Shown: positions 60,553 to 64,000 of the stretch, piece by piece
Layout of the letters: each line of letters begins with the position of its first letter
Position numbering within the stretch: the stretch's first letter is position 1
Source of the DNA: an uncultured Clostridium sp.
Lineage (GTDB): Bacteria; Bacillota; Clostridia; TANB77; CAG-508
Direction: 5' to 3'
Assembly (NCBI GenBank): GCA_930990555.1
Contig: CAKNPW010000006.1
Location: forward strand, 2,833-66,832
DNA length: 64,000 bases
The notes under the pieces: model-generated
Seen by the model: only the letters and a program-made list of their open reading frames with translations
What the model was told of the DNA's origin: nothing
The model's database searches: none
Translations under genes and position numbers: made by a program

Positions 60553-60846
60553 ATGATAGAGAAAGATCTTAAGATATTAATAGAGAAAATAGATAGGTTA
60601 AATTATAATTTAAATAAAAATAAATTTATAGATTTAATCGAAGTAATGGGAAATAAAAAGGAAATGATTTTCAGAAATTTATTTTCAGGTTTATGGAAAG
60701 GAATAGGTATTGGAATAGGTGTAACATTAGTAACTGCAATAATTGTGTTAATTTTACAAAAAATAATAAAATTAAACATACCAATAATTAGTGAATATAT
60801 AACAGATATAGTGGAAATTGTCGAAAAAACAAAGTCGATTAGATAA
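60553..60846 (+). CDS. Small membrane protein (DUF5665-like)
   Basis: 97 aa from MIEKDL, with one TM (GIGIGIGVTLVTAIIVLIL). Family guess only. Confidence 0.45.
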   Translation: MIEKDLKILIEKIDRLNYNLNKNKFIDLIEVMGNKKEMIFRNLFSGLWKGIGIGIGVTLVTAIIVLILQKIIKLNIPIISEYITDIVEIVEKTKSIR

Positions 60847-60934
60847 ATAAATTATATAAAATGTAAAAATAGACTTTAAAAATAATAATAGATTGTATAT
60901 AATAATGTATATCAAAAAATGGAGGGAGACACAA

Positions 60935-63524
<2,590 letters not shown>

Positions 63525-63543
63525 AGGCAGAAAGGAATTTAAT

Positions 63544-63780
63544 ATGGATGGCAAATATACATTCGAAAGATTTGAAAAGGAACTAGATGACGGATATCAA
63601 ATGTATTACACATATGTAAGAAATAGGTATTTATTATTTAAAACTGCAGAAAATTGTTATACGCAAAAATTAATATCTGATCATCCCAAAAATCCACAAC
63701 CAAGGCAAACTGTAATAACACATAAAAGAATTGCAGAAATGTTTCCATTTATGGAAGATATAGAATATAAAATCACTTAA
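63544..63780 (+). CDS. Hypothetical protein (78 aa)
   Basis: ORF with AAAGGAA upstream. No motif recognised. Confidence 0.4.
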   Translation: MDGKYTFERFEKELDDGYQMYYTYVRNRYLLFKTAENCYTQKLISDHPKNPQPRQTVITHKRIAEMFPFMEDIEYKIT

Positions 63781-63844
63781 GAGATAATTACATTCTACAG
63801 TTGTAGAAGTTAATTATATAAAAAATAAACTAAGGAGGAAAAAA

Positions 63845-64000
63845 ATGAGTATTGAAAAATTTGTATTAAACGAGACATCTTATTTTGGATTTGGAGCAAG
63901 GGAGGTTTTAACAGAAGAAATAATAAATAGAGGATATAAGAAAGTTTTAGTTGTTACAGATAAATCTTTATTCGAAATAGGGTTAACTAAAAAAGTAACA
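63845..64000 (+). CDS. Iron-containing alcohol dehydrogenase family protein, N-terminal fragment (continues beyond the window)
   Basis: AGGAGG lies 7 nt upstream. MSIEKFVLNETSYFGFGAREVLTEEIINRGYKKVLVVTDKSL resembles Fe-ADH N-termini. Confidence 0.55.
   Translation, partial: MSIEKFVLNETSYFGFGAREVLTEEIINRGYKKVLVVTDKSLFEIGLTKKVT

Overview
This is a visibly AT-rich chromosomal segment from an endospore-forming Firmicute, probably Clostridia-like. The evidence for that is a GerA-type germinant receptor operon, spoIVA and DUF421/DUF4363 spore genes. Most of the window is conserved housekeeping backbone:
- RNase R (3' part).
- The ylxM-ffh-rpsP-KH-rimM-trmD-rplS operon.
- mtaB, ftsH, rplU-rpmA, trpS, obg, a Y-family polymerase, folD, dprA, a class A PBP and cysS.
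- rpsB-tsf, an S41 protease, an LCP protein, ftsY, a UPF0182 membrane protein, pgsA and ligA.
- Three tRNAs: CAT and Tyr in tandem, and Thr on the minus strand.

Accessory or unusual content:
1. A dispersed, highly conserved ~35-nt palindromic element, with 5 copies at 4 loci. It sits at gene 3' ends, and in 3 of 4 loci it supplies the TAG stop codon of the upstream gene.
2. A two-gene module inserted next to one of these repeats: a small hypothetical protein plus an SF2 DEAH helicase carrying four ~88-aa C-terminal tandem repeats.
3. An internally deleted IS3/IS150-family element with clear inverted repeats and a 3-bp target duplication, inserted exactly in the loop of an intrinsic terminator.
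4. An ArsR/SmtB regulator and P-type ATPase metal-resistance pair with a clear operator palindrome.
5. Several small ORFs below the 60-aa cutoff of the supplied track: a Cys/Gly-rich tiny membrane protein, a 2-TM peptide coupled to the germinant receptor operon, and a peptide coupled to a TetR gene.

I do not see a compelling, clearly delimited novel multi-gene system. The best candidates for follow-up are the repeat family, the helicase module, and the radical-SAM/TGS-kinase/RNHCP cluster.

All product calls come from motif recognition by eye, with no searches run. Coordinates of non-ORF features may be off by 1-2 nt.
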